Assembly: GCF_009914755.1 (NCBI RefSeq)
Contig: NC_060929.1
Direction: 5' to 3' (one strand)
DNA length: 64,000 bases
DNA from: the human T2T-CHM13v2.0 reference genome, Homo sapiens
The notes below the pieces were generated by a model. That model had not been told where the DNA came from. It saw only the letters and a list, made by a program, of their open reading frames with translations, and made no database searches. The translations under genes were made by a program, and so were the position numbers. How positions within the stretch are numbered: position 1 is the stretch's first letter; each line of letters opens with the position of its first letter. This document shows positions 16,629 through 35,354 of this stretch, piece after piece.

Positions 16629-19600
16629 CTGCGAGGGAAGGGTAGAAAAAAACAAGAAACTGCACTTAAACCTGAAGCGGGGAAAACGCACGGCCCTGGG
16701 TATATCCAGGCCCAAAAGGCCCAGCCTCCACCCGGAGAGCCAAGAGTGAATGAGTCTCAGCTCCAAGACGCCCCTCTCCCTGCTAGGTCTGCAAAACCTA
16801 TTTCTGAAAGGCAATTTCAAGACCTGGTGCTGAAACCCAAGTCTAACACTCCCTGAAACCCTCCCACACTGCCCCTGGCACAGTTATTGAGAAAGTGAGG
16901 CTATTTCAGAGATGCCCAGAGGTCACCATGAGCACCTTCATTTTTCTAACGCTGCATACCCCAATGGGCCCCGCTGGGACCCGCTGCATGTGTCACATCC
17001 AAGCTGACCTCCAGAGGGCCCTCAAGACACCCCACTGACCCCGGCAGTGCATATTCCAGATGGGAACATAAAAAAAGTGTCTCTCAGGGTCCAGGCTCTG
17101 CCTGACCAGGATGAAAATGCAGACATAAGATCATTCCTAAATCTGAGCAGGCACCCTGAGCAAGAAAGTTTTCAGGGAAGATGTGGCTTCTGCCACCACT
17201 ACATCTGGGGGATGCTGGGTGAATTCCTGAACCTGGTTCATTTCCTTGAATGAAAGTGGGGGTGCCAGCACCTAGGCTGTAGGGCTGTGAGTCAGGGGGT
17301 AAACAGGTCAGTGCACGCACAGCTTCAGAAGCGCCTAGCTACTATGTTTTATGATGATTTTACTTTTATTTATACTTTTACTTCTCTATACATTTTATTA
17401 CATTATTCTATGATAAAGACTAGCTGCTGCCATTACTTCAGAAGTGGCCCAGCTTCCTAGAGCTACGGGCAAGAGCATCCCCAAGTTCCCATGAACTCCT
17501 CCTCGGAGCCAGCCATCTGCAGCAGACGGTGCGTTACTTTTTCTCGTAGTTGCACCCTTTCCAAACATTCAGAGCTCCTCTAAGATTCGTGGCACATGTG
17601 TTTCACCTTGAATCCAAACGAGCCTTTGGTGGCGTGGGTGTGTTGTGGGCTAGAAAACCTCAAGAGCAAGAGAGCCCAGTAGGGCTCCTCTGCCTGAGCT
17701 CTGGATCACTGGTGCCTTTTTTTTTTTTTTTTTAACCTGAGCTGTAATTAAAATTCATTCACCTGAAAAATTCAGTCGACGTGTGAACTAATTAGGGATC
17801 TAAGCGCCGGCTTCCGAGGAGGGCCTGCATGTCACTTCGTGTGGTGTCGCCGGCCCTCCCGCTGTGAGATGGAAATGGCTCGCCTGCTCTGTGCCCCACT
17901 ACGCTTCATGCAGGGGTCCATGTGCAGCTCGTGGGCACGAATAACGCCACCTTCCACCTGCTGGTAAAATATAGCGGCCTCCCCTTAAAAGAAATCCTGC
18001 TACCGTTTCCTCCAGGGAGAGGGGAAAGGCAGAGGAAAGGGAAAGAGAAAAGAAGCCTCCACCCCCTACCCCTGCACGGGGCCTCCCCAGATAGACAGGA
18101 GCCCAGCAGCCTCCTGGCAGGAAGGGCCAGATATCCCAGCCACGTCCTGAGCAAAGGCCCGCTGGACTTGGACAGCCATGGCTGCCTGGGGGCTGCAGGC
18201 AGGAAGCCCTCAAATGTCAGGAGTCCATTCCACTTGGCCATGACCCGCCCGGGGTCCCCAGGTCTTTATTCCAGGTGAGCAGAAGGTGGGGCTGGCTACG
18301 GACACCACTTCCTTCAGCAGGACCCCTCATCTCTCTGTGTTTCCTCATCTGTAAGATGGGCTTGAGGAACACAAGCTTGTCCCACCTCATAAGGGTCAGA
18401 GGACCAGCTCCCGACCCACCACTCACTCACCAGACACCACAAGCACCTGCTGTTTTCCAAGCAGTCAGCTGAGCTCTGAGGAGGTGGTGAACCCACGAGG
18501 TTCCTGTCCTCAAGGAGCCCCCACTCCAGATAGAAAGACATGAACATACACAAGAGCTCACCCTCAGTCCATGGCAAACACTGTCAAAGCTAAAGATGGA
18601 GGCCAGGACACTGTTCAAACAGGAAATGCAGGGAAAGCCTCTCTGACATTTGAGCAGAGAGCAACTGAGATCAGGTGTGTGGAAGGGCACTGCACGGCGT
18701 GCACACCTACTCTGAATGAAGGTGATGGTGAGCGGAGGCAGCACAGAAACAGAGGCAGGAGGGCTGCGTTCGGGCACCCCGTGGCCCACGGCACCACCAG
18801 AGAGTCTCTGTTGTCAACCCATCTTAGAGATGAGGAAACTGAGGCTTGAACGCTAAGTGAGTTGCCCAAAGTCATGCCTCGGGGACAGAGTGGGAGCCAG
18901 GGCTGTGACAGAGCCCCTGTGCACGAAGACCCTCAGAGGAGCCGCTGTGAAGGCTGGCGGCAACGACCACGCCGGCAAGAGCCTCCCTAGTCCCCGCCAC
19001 ATCATCATCATCAGGGTGCCGCATCATCACCCTGAGCTGTGGCGGGCGGGTGAGGGGCTCCTCTCCTCAAGTCACAGGCCAGAGATGGATCAGTATTACT
19101 CAACACGAGGAGTGGGGCTGGCTCTGGGCCCAAATATCTCCTGAGCACTCGCCAAGGCCTCCCACAAATACTGAAAATGGTGCTGGCTTCCCAGGGAACA
19201 GAAGTGGCAGTGTCTCTCCACGCAGAGACAGAGACAGGCCACCTCCCATTCCCACCGCTGGGAAGGCCCTGGTCTCAGGCTATTCTTGGGGTGGTGGGAG
19301 GAGGGTAGCCCACTCTCCGCAAGCACCATGTGAAAGGTCAGACCTGCAACAAGCTCTCCTGCCTCAGCAAGGCCCCAAGACTTTGCAGATGGGACCTCAA
19401 TTGTCCTCTTCTGACCCTGAAGTGGGTCCAGTTCCCGAATGGGCAGGCTGGGGCCATGCCGTGTCACCTCCCTGTGGAGGCTGGGCCCCTCCTTAGCTCA
19501 GCAACGAAAGAGGTAAATTCTCTCCTAAGCCTGCCACGAGGGTCCGAAAATCCAAGGGCATTCAAAAACCTGGAGAAACCCTCCCAATGACTTCCCGAAT

Positions 19601-20805
19601 GGACCCAGGAGAAGACCCTACCTGGGGAGAAAAAGAGCCCAGAGCCCAGAGCCCAGCTGGGTACCCTGGCAGCAAGCCTATGAAAGCCAGAATAACCATG
19701 GAAAGAAACGTGCTTAGTTTTCTCCCTTCCTAATAAATTGCTCCACTACTCTTGTGATCAGATACGGTTTGGTAATAACCATTTCGGAAGCAAAAGACCC
19801 AAGTTCTTTTTCAATAAAATAAAGCCAAGGGGACAAATTCAAATTCCAGTTCCCTAAAATGTTCCAGATGAGACAGCACTTATTCACCCAAGAAAAACAG
19901 ACCCTCATCAGGAAAAGACAAAAAGCATCACTGATTAAAGAAGTACCTTCTTGGAGAGCACCAATGTCCCTGCAGAGAGCCGCCAAGAGTCACCAAGCAA
20001 AAAAAAGAGAGAGATGGATGGAAAGCTCCCAAGCTGCAGGGCTCTTCCCACGCAGAACCAGAACGCAAAGGAAATGTGTGGACGCCACAGAAAAGGAACC
20101 AACACCGCAGATGTGGACAGGGGCCGGGAGGAGGAGGAACAAGGGTTCCGAGCGGGAATCGGTCCTCCAGGGATGGTCGGGGATCGCACGCAGTGGCCAT
20201 GCTGCGAGTGCTCTCCCCAGCCCCCACCACTGGACAGACTGTTTTCAAGATGTTGAAAGAACTTTTTTTAAGACAAAGAGAATGATCTGCAGGTTTCAAA
20301 GTCAATGGCATCACATATTTCAACATCGTCCAGAAAACAGCCTCTCCTGGTAAATCCTGTCTCTGGTTATTCCTCACAGACTCAGCCCAGCTCCTGGGCA
20401 ACGTCAAAGTCAGCTTCTCCTGGGAACCCAGTGAGTGTCTGCTCCCATCTTCTCCTTAATGAACAGCCAGTCTGTAGGCTTTAAATACAGCCTCCCACTG
20501 TCTGTTTAAATTGTTGTGTGTGTACATTCACATACACACGTGCACACATACAACAGCTTCTGTCAGCTTGCGGGGACATCCATTTTGTAAGCAATGCAAA
20601 TTAAAGCTGTGATCCAATCTGGGTGAACCTCCTCCTCCCCAACTTAGACTCGAAGCAGAGTGTACTGGGGCGGGGAGCTGGGGGACGACGACGCAACCTT
20701 TGAAGACCTGCCTCTAAAAAGAGTCAAGTCTCGTCTGTGTCAGCAGAACTTAAAATTAAAAGGCAAGAGCAACAGCTCCCAGCAGCTCTTTAAAAGGTTA
20801 AAATT

Positions 20806-23505
<2,700 letters not shown>

Positions 23506-23791
23506 AGAGTAGAAGCTAGTAACCAACCCAACAGAGCTCACCAGGGGGATGAAATATAATGGGGATGGGCCAAGGGACCTTAAAGACCCCATGTGAGGTT
23601 TTATGAGGACGGCAGTGTGGGCCAGGTATCATCTGAAAAGGAGGTCAGGCTCTCAAACGTCCACTGTCACACAAGAGACCAAGGGGCCAGAGTCGTGCCA
23701 AAGGTAGGGCCTGTGGAAATTCGCCCTGGGGCTCCCACCAGGACCCTCCTCCTTCCTGGATACTCAAGAACGCTCAGGGAGAAGAACATAC

Positions 23792-23842
23792 CTATGTTAC
23801 AGGTTTCCAGGCTGCCGAACCGCGGGGTTGAGCGTGCCGTCA
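23792..23842 (-). pseudogene. AACSP1: AACS-like pseudo-exon 16 (51 bp) with ~8-bp deletion frameshift
   Basis: ttccag|TGACGGCACGCTCAACCCC (DGTLNP) joins out of frame to RFGSLETCNI; the NGV codons are missing at 23823/23824; donor TAG|gtatgt. Confidence 0.88.
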
Positions 23843-24560
23843 CTGGAAAGCGAGAAAAAGTCAGGGCTACACCGCAGCTCTGAAGTGAGGCAACTCCCAG
23901 GGGTCCCAGGGGAGGTCACCCCCCTTCCACATGGCCTCCCCCAGGACCAGTCACGGATGCTCCCCTCCCCAGCTCCTTGCCCCGCCACATGGCTCTTTCT
24001 CCCTCTCAGGTTAAAGCGCGACATCCAGGGAGGCCCCTCTGTGCAGGAACATCTGTCACCTCACTCCCTTCCCACCTGCACACGCGTCCCCTGTCTTGGG
24101 TGTGGACACTGCTGTGTCTTTGCTGTGGGACCCCTGCCCTGACACCCCCTACCCGAGAACCCCATCACAGGGCAGGGAAACTTGGATCACGCCCAGACCC
24201 AGCCCTCGGGAAGGAAGCTGGCACAAGGATGCCCCACCCCAGAAACGACACAGAAAGGGTCCAAGATGGGGGACAGTTAGCCATGTCGCAGACTGAGCAG
24301 ACAATGCTTTCTCAAAGGGGATCTTCAGGCTCGGGGCAGCATGTGCACAGGCACAGGGACGCATGGCACACCAGCCGGGGGGCGGTGGGGGGTCCCAGAC
24401 ATCAGCAGAGGCGTGGGTGGTGTGGACACCCTGGTGCTGGAGTGGAGTGGGGTGCCCAGGAAGGGGATCACTGACTCTCACAGAAAGTGCCTCCTCCCCC
24501 ACCCCCAGGCCTCCGGAAGGTGGGGCTCCAGGGAAGAGAAGCCGACTCTGCAGCCCTTAC

Positions 24561-24630
24561 CTCCAGCCGAGCATGATGACGCCCCCGGTCTTCGGGTTGA
24601 TGCTGCAGCAGTCGCCATGAGCCCTGATAC
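24561..24630 (-). pseudogene. AACSP1: AACS-like pseudo-exon 15 (70 bp), [22 protein letters not shown]
   Basis: ttgcag|GTATCAGG...TGGAG|gtaagg. Resembles AACS [22 protein letters not shown]; the conserved GR has become GW. Confidence 0.9.
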
Positions 24631-25750
24631 CTGCAAGGGCGGCAGAGGTGCCCGGTCACCCCGAGGAGAAGGGGCCGTGATGGGCTGCCTGGACAGACAC
24701 TAGGTGCGGATCCGCAGACATCATTGGGGCCCAGAGGCAGGCCTGGCATGGGGCTGGGGCAGGAGGGAGCTAGACTGTTCCTGCCCCAAGGAACATGCCC
24801 TCTAGTGAGGGCTGCTGCCAGGGCAGCTCTGACACAGCCGGCGAGGAGACACAGCTCCTGAGGCACCAGCAAGGACCCAGGAATTCACAGAGGGCGGGAC
24901 CAAGTGCGGCCAGGGCACTGGGGGTCAACAGGAGCATCTGGAGACACCTCTGAGTGGAGCGCAGGAAAGAACGAGCCACGTCTTGGGAAGCAAGAGTGGC
25001 CAGGGGCAGCTGAGGGCACAAGGTGTGCAGAGGTTGGGGTCAGATATTAGAATGGAATACACAAGCTCATGGCCAGGAAGGAGGCTACTGCACCAGTCCC
25101 AGCCATGCAGGCTTGAACCAAAGCATTAGCCACATGGACAGAGAACCGATTAGCAGGTAAAACCCAGGAAACGAGGTGGGTGGGGGAAGAGGAAAGAGCC
25201 AGAGGTGACGGCAACACGGTATCAGCAGGCTACATGAGTGGCCACGTGTGCAGCTGTTCAGAGAAAGCCTGTGCGCTGGGGTGGTGCTGTGAAGCTGATC
25301 GACCAAAGGGATCAAAACCCAGCGTTGGACGCAGCATCTAAGGAGAGAGGTTCCTTGGCCACATCCTCCACCCAGGCGCCAAACAGTGAAGAGAAGCCAC
25401 GCATCTGAGAGTCACCAAAGGAGCAGTTAACTCACGCTCAGCCCTTGATCATCCACACTGAGGGGAACTGGCTGGCCATCATCAAAAGCGCATCTCTGCC
25501 GCTTTGCAACACGAGAAGTCATCTGCCTTAGCAGCAGGCTCTCCTCCTGAAGTAAGGCCCCAAAGATTTCCTGTGATCCAGGAAAGGAAAACAGTAAATA
25601 AGCCAGCTTCCGTGTCCTCACTGACGGGGGGCAGCCTCAGAAAGCATCTCTTTTCTCCAAATCTCCAGACACTTCTCCACTCTGAGCCAAGTGCTAACCC
25701 AAACAGTTCATGACTCAACAGCTACGTAGTCTATCCACCCATTCATGTGA

Positions 25751-26580
<830 letters not shown>

Positions 26581-27732
26581 ACCTCTCATTGGACTTTTAA
26601 AGATTCACACACAAAAATAAGGAAAAAAAAAATTCACTCCTAGGCTTGCGATTGATGTGTCCGGTTTCTGCAGGAGCACATGTGTATGTCTACTCAACAA
26701 ACTGAGTTTATGAATGGCAGCCCCAGGAGATCAGAGCTGCAAGCCTATGCCGCTCTCCTGGGAATCCTGCCTCATTCTGGAACTTTCGTGCCAGCAACAA
26801 CATACAGTCTTGTTTGCCTGGGTCAGATCTCCCTTGAATTGGATGGGAAATTTCTGGGTTTTCTGGGCCATTTGTAGTACTGTGCCCTAATTAACTGAGA
26901 GCCCGGAAATGCAGAGAAAAAGGAAGACGTAAATCCACTCTGAAGAAATTTTCTTTTGTGGAAACTTCCCCCTGACACACTTTGATCCTTTGCAAAGCCA
27001 AGCTGAGAGGAGGAATCCACAAGTAGCAGCTGGCTGCAGGGTACCACAGAGGAAGCGGCGTGATGGCGAAACAAAGCCGCAGAAGCAGCGTCTTCCTTTC
27101 TAGAGCAGACTGAACAGAGTCAGATCATTCTCCTTCTTCCAGGCACTGACTTCAGCCCTGAGTCTCCTGAGAGCTGAGGCCAAAGTGGAGCCACGGTGGG
27201 AACAGGGGGAACAGGTGACTGCCGGTAACAGACCAGGCCTGTTTGGAATGTGTCATCTACACTGACTTAAATCTTAAGCTTGCTTTACTTTCTTTTAAAA
27301 TATTAGGTTTTTAAAAATAATAAAAAGCGGCCGGGCGCGGTGGCTCATGCCTGTAATCCCAGCACTTTGGGAGGCCGAGGTAGGCGGATCACGAGGTCAG
27401 GAGTTCAAGACCAGCCTCGCGAACACAGTGAAACCCCGTCTCTACTAAAAATACAAAAACTAGACTGGTGTGGTGGCGCGTGCCTGTAATCCCAGCTACT
27501 CATGAGGCTGAGGCACGAGAAGCCGAGATGGTGCCAGTGCACCCCAGCCTGGGCGACAGAGCGAGACTCCGCCTCAAAAAATAAAAATAAAAAGCCATAA
27601 GGAAAACCAAAATGGGCTCATCATCTCACCACTCATTTAAGCCCTTATTCACACTCGTTATTCATTTATTCACACAATCACACATATGTACTTCCTTTTT
27701 AAAATGTACAGAAGGCCCAGTGCGGTGGCTCA

Positions 27733-28676
<944 letters not shown>

Positions 28677-30380
28677 TCAGCATACGGCCTGTTCACACTT
28701 TCACCTGGCATCATTTTTTAAGGTAATGATGTCCGTAAACCCACTCCCAGTTGTGGAAAGGAAGACTCGCTCTTGTAGCTTGGTTTTGCCATCATGCCAT
28801 TTCCTACACAGCCCAAGAATCTCTCAGCGCTGGTGCTTGAGAAATGGTCTAAGTGCAGGCTGTGTTCACCCTGTCCATGATAAACAGCTTCAAATCTCAT
28901 TTCTGATCTGCCTTTGTCTTTCCATATTTATTCATGTCTCTCATCTACACCCAGGAAGTATCGAAGGAAGCTGCCTTTAAAACTGACTTCAAGATAGGAT
29001 TACTCAAAGAGAAGCAAAACCCTACCCTAAAGGTAAGAGGACTACAAAAACAAAGCAATGATTTCAGCTCTGAGTTTCCTGACAGCCAAGGCAAAAATGG
29101 AAATATATCATGTCACAAAGTATTTGTTTTCTCCAAGAAGGAATATCAGTTTCAAAAAGAGGTTATTCTGAAATTAATCCTGAGACACATCACATGAACC
29201 CTTGCACATGTGACAAAAAAAGTGACAGAGTTTTCAAAGAGCAATGTTACAGAAGATGAAGGGCTGTCATTTCTTGGATGGATCCTCAAGCTGAGACTCT
29301 AATCCTTTTGGCCTCTCCTCCCAAGGCAGTAGCCCCTGCCCTCCTCCTCAGGGTCATCTGAAGAGTGTTTCTCCACATCCACTCTTGCTTTTCTGCATTC
29401 GTCTGTCTGCACAGCTGCTCACAGCAGGAGCCGAGGTGGGGCTTAGGTGCAGCAGGGATGCAGTGGAGGCTGAGCCACCCCTGGGGGGATGCCCCACGCT
29501 GCTGCAGGAAGGCGCTATTCCAAGCATGATGGCTTTTACGGTGACATGCAAATATGCAGGGCAGGAAAGATCCCTGGCAAATCCTACCACTTGCTGCTTT
29601 CTGATTCTCCATACGTCTATGCTATGTGCCCCGCGTCCTTCTTTGCTCACTCACATTACCTTTTGAGAGACTGCAGCAAGCAAGTACTTAGTATAAATAA
29701 CTCTGAAACAGAAGGTTTGCTAAACGATGAATTATATGGCAGCAATAACTTGAGACTGCTTATGAAATAAGATTAGAGGGAGGCAGGAATCAGAGCTTTA
29801 AATAAAAGACTTTCCTGCTTTGGGGCAAGGCACCACTCAAACCACACTCAGGGGTGTCAGTCTATGTGAGAGGGATGTGTCGGGTTGTAAATCCTTCCAC
29901 CGCAAAAGCACTCTTCCTTAGCATCTCCACGAGGACTGGATGATGGTGAGACACACAAAGGAAGAGACCCGAGCCAGACACCACTTCCACATGCCGCTCC
30001 TCGTGAACAGGCAGGCATCACCCTGGCATCACCCTGTTTCAGCGAGTGGGCCCTGCACCCTCCACCTCCCACGTGCAAACCAGAGGCACATGCCAGCGCC
30101 CAGCAGCAGGGGCCGGGGCCCTGGGCAGAGGTGGCTGAGATTCAGCTAAACCCAGATTATAGTTACACATGATAGCTTCAAGCTGAAGACAAGATATTCA
30201 TCAAAAATTGATTATCGCCCCACTGGAGGAATGAGCTATATGCAGCTTCTCCAAGCCCTGGTGGGGGAAGGAAGAGGGGAGGGGCAGGATGGGAGGGGAA
30301 GGACGAGGACACACGACCAGACACGGAAGGCCCAGACAACGCAGAGGCTCGGCAGCTCTGTCTGCATCTCTCCAGCCGAC

Positions 30381-30507
30381 CTGGGAATTTGGAGAAATAC
30401 GCCTTCCTGTACTTGTTGCCGTTCTCATTGTTCCAGAAGTGTGTGGGCTGGCAAGGGATCGGCTTAGTACACACCAGCTTGCTGCTGTCTCCCCCAGACC
30501 GCCTTTC
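30381..30507 (-). pseudogene. AACSP1: AACS-like pseudo-exon 14 (127 bp) with +1 frameshift
   Basis: accag|GAAAGGCGGTCTGG (KAVW), an extra G in the G run (30491-30495), then [37 protein letters not shown]; donor CAG|gtcggc. Confidence 0.92.
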
Positions 30508-31551
30508 CTGGTATGGGAGAATTAAAAATAAGCCCAACACACACCACAGCCACACACTGGCTCTCTCTTCTCTCTTAAGCTATTACTTATTACGCAATAT
30601 TCCAGACATATACAAAGGTACAGAGATGGTCCACGCCCAGACACCTCTCACGGCAGCCTAATAATGTGTTCCTCCCATGAAGTCCCCTCCCTGTGTGCTC
30701 CCCAAAATCGCTGTCTCGGACATAGTGATTTGTTATTCCCATGTGTGTTAACATTTTTGCTCCATCCATACGCATCCCTGAATACTATGTGTCATCACTT
30801 TGCATACCTTTGAACACACACACGCTGTCCTTCTATGTGTCCCGCGTCTTCCTGTGCTCACTCAACATGACATCTGGGTGGCTCGTTCGGGCTACTACCT
30901 GTCACTCTGGTTCATTCCTATTTACCGCTTGGTCATCTGCCATGTGTGATCACAGAACTTCTGCCCAAGGATGGACATTTCTATTGTTCCCAATTTTGTT
31001 TTCATTACAAATCATGGGGCTACAAACATTCTTGCATGGATCACAAGTCTGTCTTCCGTAAGCGGAATTCCTAGATCACAGGGCACATATGCATCTTCAG
31101 CTTCACTGACTACTCCCGCATTGCTCTGCAGAACAGATGCACTGAGCCCTGCTCACCCTTCCTAGCACAGCTGGGTTTCTAGCTGCCAGGCACAGCACAG
31201 CAGGAGACTATCCCTTCCATGACCGGGCTCTCAGATGCTCAGAGCTGGCCGCTGCCTGTGTATCCAGCACCAGGGTTCAGATTCAGGGCAACGATCACCC
31301 ACTTGCCCGACGTTCCTGAGCACACAGCTCTCTGTCCTCCAGCTCGACCCTGACCTCTCAGGAGCTGGGGACCAGGAGCCGGTGGGTGTTAAACCAAGCT
31401 GGGGGGGAAGGACATCACGCTGCAAGTGACAGGGGCCTCCCTCCAAGGGCTGTTTTGGAGAACTATCACCAAGCAAAGTTACACATCCGAGCGCTCCCAA
31501 GCTCCCAACTCACGCCTAATCACAGGAAGAAACAGTTGGCGGAGCCATCAC

Positions 31552-31665
31552 CTTCCTCATTCCACGCATCCACGGCCATGCCCAGGTTCCAGGCCTGAAT
31601 CTCCCCTTTATACACAGGAAGAGAAATATTCTGGCCCATGAAGCAGGAGGTGATGTCGGTGCCTC
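31552..31665 (-). pseudogene. AACSP1: AACS-like pseudo-exon 13 (114 bp); acceptor mutated AG>GG
   Basis: [37 protein letters not shown]. The upstream intron ends ttgcgg instead of ttgcag; donor AAG|gtgatg. Confidence 0.9.
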
Positions 31666-32635
31666 CCGCAAGCAATGACAAAAGGAGAGTCGAAATTCAG
31701 AAGCCCAAGACAAATTGCTTTTAAGTCAGTAAGCAACAAAAGAGAAAGTGCAAAGACGACAAACATCTACTCTCCCAGACAAACACTGCAACATCCCAGA
31801 CAGGTGGGGCTTCTTTTCAGGCAGCAGTGGGAGAGGTGATATGGAAATTAGAATGAACCCCCCTCATCTGGTGATTGACGTTTTGGCCGAGCCTTGCTGT
31901 TGGAGGATGCACTAAGTAAATGACTTCTTGTGGTCACACTGAAATTCAAGATTCAGGATCGCAGAAAATGGAAGCTTTGCCTGTGGTAACCACCCAGCAG
32001 ACGCTGCCTATGCGGACTCATCACGTGGGAAGGCTTGCACGCCATGGTTTACGTGGACTTAACGGTTGGAAAAACAGAAACGTGGCCGGGCACGGTTGCT
32101 CATGCCTGTAATCCTAGCACTTTGGGAGGCCGAGATGGGTGGATTACCTGACCTCAGGAGTTCAAGACCAGCTTGGGCAACATGGTGAAACCCCATCTCT
32201 AGTAAAAATACAAAAAATTAGCCAGGCATGGTGGTGTGTGCCTGTAATCCCAGCTACGCAGGAGGCTGAGGCATGAGAATCAGTTGAACCCAGGAGGCAA
32301 AGGTTGCAGTGAGCTGAGATTGTGCCACTGCACTCCAGCTTGGGTGACAGGGAGAGATTCTGTCTCAAAAGCAAAAAAACCAGAAACGTTCCCAGCTGCA
32401 AAGACCGTGGAGTGTGATGTCTCACACAAGAGACTATGCTACATGGAAAAACACTCCTGTTTCTGGAATGAGCTGGAAATGGAGTCAGCCTCCATGGGCC
32501 ATCATGCAGGGGAGCAGCGTGAACCCTCCAACTTAGGCCCGCTGCTGACAACAGCCAACAGCCATCCCCTGACCCAAAAGCCTGTGTGGGAAGGGAAACA
32601 GCAGCAGGGTGAATCTGCAGGAGGGCAAAGACCCT

Positions 32636-32907
32636 CACACTATACACACACATGCACACACACACATGCATAAACACACCATACATACACCACACACCAC
32701 ACACCCACACAGGTGTACACACACATGCATACACCACACATACAGCCACACACGAGCACAGCAAGGGCAGGACACGCTGAGGAACATACAGCACACACGC
32801 ACACACACACCACACATACATGCACACACAACACACACACATGCACACACCACACATGCATGCATTCACACACACACGAGCAGAGCAAGGGCAGAACACG
32901 CTGAGGA
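32636..32907. repeat. Degenerate (CA)n low-complexity tract with a duplicated 33-bp spacer
   Basis: CA-rich tract. cacgagca(c/g)agcaagggcag(g/a)acacgctgagga occurs at 32751 and 32875. Confidence 0.9.
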
Positions 32908-32999
32908 CGGGGTCACTCCACTCCCACAGGGAAGAAAGCCAAGAGTGTGAGGGGGGTGGCAAGGAGCCCCCTCCCTAGCCCCGTGCCTGGTGTCTGAAC

Positions 33000-33593
33000 T
33001 TTTTCTTTGAAACAGGGTCTCACTCTGTTGCTCAAGCAGGAGCTCAGTGGTGTGATCTTAGCTCACCGCAGCCTTGACCTCTTGGGCTCAAGTGATCCTC
33101 CCACCTCAGCCTCCCAAGCAGTTGAGACTACAGGCACACACCATGCCCAGCTAATTTTTTTTTTTTGAGACAGAGTCTCACTCTGTCTCCCAGGCTGGAG
33201 TGCAGTGGCACAATCTCGGCTCACTGCAACCTCCACCTCCCCAGTTCAAGTGATTCCTGCCTCAGCCTCCCGAGTAGCTGGGATTACAGGCATATGTCAC
33301 CATGCCTGGCTAATTTTTGGGGTTTTTTTGGTAGAAATGAGGTTTCACCATGTTGACCTAGCTGGTCTCGAACTCCTGACCTCAAGTGATCTGCCCGCTT
33401 CAGCCTCCCATAGTGCTGGGATTAAGGCGTGACCACACCGCCTAGCCACGGCTAATTTTTTTTTTTTAAATTTTTTGTAGAAACAGGGTCCCACTGTTGC
33501 TCAAGCTAGTCTTGAACTCCTGGGCTCAAGCAATCCTTCCGGCTCGGCATCCCGAAGTGCTGGGATTACAGTTGTGAGCTACTGTGCCCGGCC
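33000..33593 (-). mobile_element. AluJ with an AluS nested in its central A-rich linker (~33155-33447)
   Basis: The reverse AluJ arms are separated by a complete reverse Alu; gctaatttttttt is duplicated on both sides. Confidence 0.85.
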
Positions 33594-34693
33594 CAGGCTA
33601 CTCTTTATACTCAACTCACATACGTGAAAAAAAAATTTCATAAAGCAAATGTTTTCCCTAATCAGGCTCCGCGTGTATGAACTGGGAGTGTGGGGGTGTT
33701 CAAGATCCACATGAAATGACTCGATGGCTCCAAAAACCAGAAGGGTTGATTTTGGCTTCAACTCTAAGATGATTTTATTTCTTCCTTCAGGCAAAGAATA
33801 AAAGGTGATGTCTTCTCTGCCATTTCATGTCACTGACTGACGTGTCCCATGAAAATGAGTGAGTCACATTCATTTCTGCCACCATTAAGGTCTGAGCAGG
33901 GCTCCTGACCTCCTTCCTGCTGGTAAGAATGGCTCAGACCCCCACCTCAGGCTGAGGAACCAACAGTGGGGAGGAAAGCTGGAGGGTTGGCCTCAGGCTT
34001 TGGGCAAACATATCCCTTAAAGAGGTGCTCTGAGAGTATGTTTTCAAATCACAAGGAGAAAAATCACAACTACAGATGTGTAAAAAGAAAATAAAAGTGA
34101 GCTAGGCCAGGCACGGTGGTTCACGCCTGTAATCCCAGCACTTTGGGAGGCCGAGGCGGGAGAATCACTTGCGCTCAGGAGTTCAAGAACACCCTAGGCA
34201 ACATGGTGAAACCCCGTTTTCACAAAAAATAAAAAAACATAGCTGAGTGTGGTGGCATGCACCTGTGGTCCTAGCTACACAGGAGGCTGAAGTGGGAGGA
34301 TCACTTGAGCCCAGGAGGCTGAGGCTGCAGTGAGCCATGATCGTGTCACTGTGCACTTCAGCAGGGGCAACAGAGCAAATCCCTGTCTAAAAAACAAACA
34401 AAAAACAAACAGTGACCCAAAGATTTCTATGGGCAGCAATGGAATCAACTCTAAGTCCCATTAAGGAGAAGTGAGGTATGTACCCTAAACTACAGAAAAT
34501 GGGGGTGCTCTCACCCCATTTACACACACTCACAAACACACACTCAGGCACACACACTCACCTATGCACAGAACATCTCTGAAGGGAACGACGTCGGCTT
34601 CCTTGGGGAAGGGGGGCGGCAGCAATGAGGACACCTTTGTGGACTCTGAATTTTTTTCCACATTCATGAACCATTTTCCAAGGCACAACTTTA

Positions 34694-34864
<171 letters not shown>

Positions 34865-35354
34865 TTAGTTGGGCGTGGTGGCACATGCCCGTAATCCCAG
34901 CTACTTGGGAGGCTGAGGCAAGAGAACTGCTTGAACCCAGGAGGCAGAGGTTGCGGTGAGCTGAGATTGCACCCACTGCACTCCAGCCTGGGCTGGAGTG
35001 AGACTCCCTCTCAAAAAATCAAACAAACAAAAAAAATCAGTTGGAATCCACATATAATACACCCATGTATATACATATATGAGTATGCATGTAAACATCC
35101 ATATATTCCCGTTTTCAACCTACAAACATGACCGCACCTTATAATGCTGCAATCTGATTATTTCACTCATGATGACCATGTTTCAACGTCCATCAGTATA
35201 TTTCTATCTAAACAAATACTTTCATCCTTGCACTTCTAATGGTTGCATAAATTAAGAATGTACCCTAAATTATTCAATGAATTTCCTTCTGCTGGGCATA
35301 CAGGTAGTGTCTATTTTTCCTCATATAAACAATGTTGCAATATTTGTCCTTCCA

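Noticed and set aside
32162-32962. 266-aa Cys/Val-rich ORF and His/Thr-rich ORFs at 40.0-40.4 kb and 43.1-43.5 kb
   Set aside because: Translations of CA/TG low-complexity tracts plus Alu.
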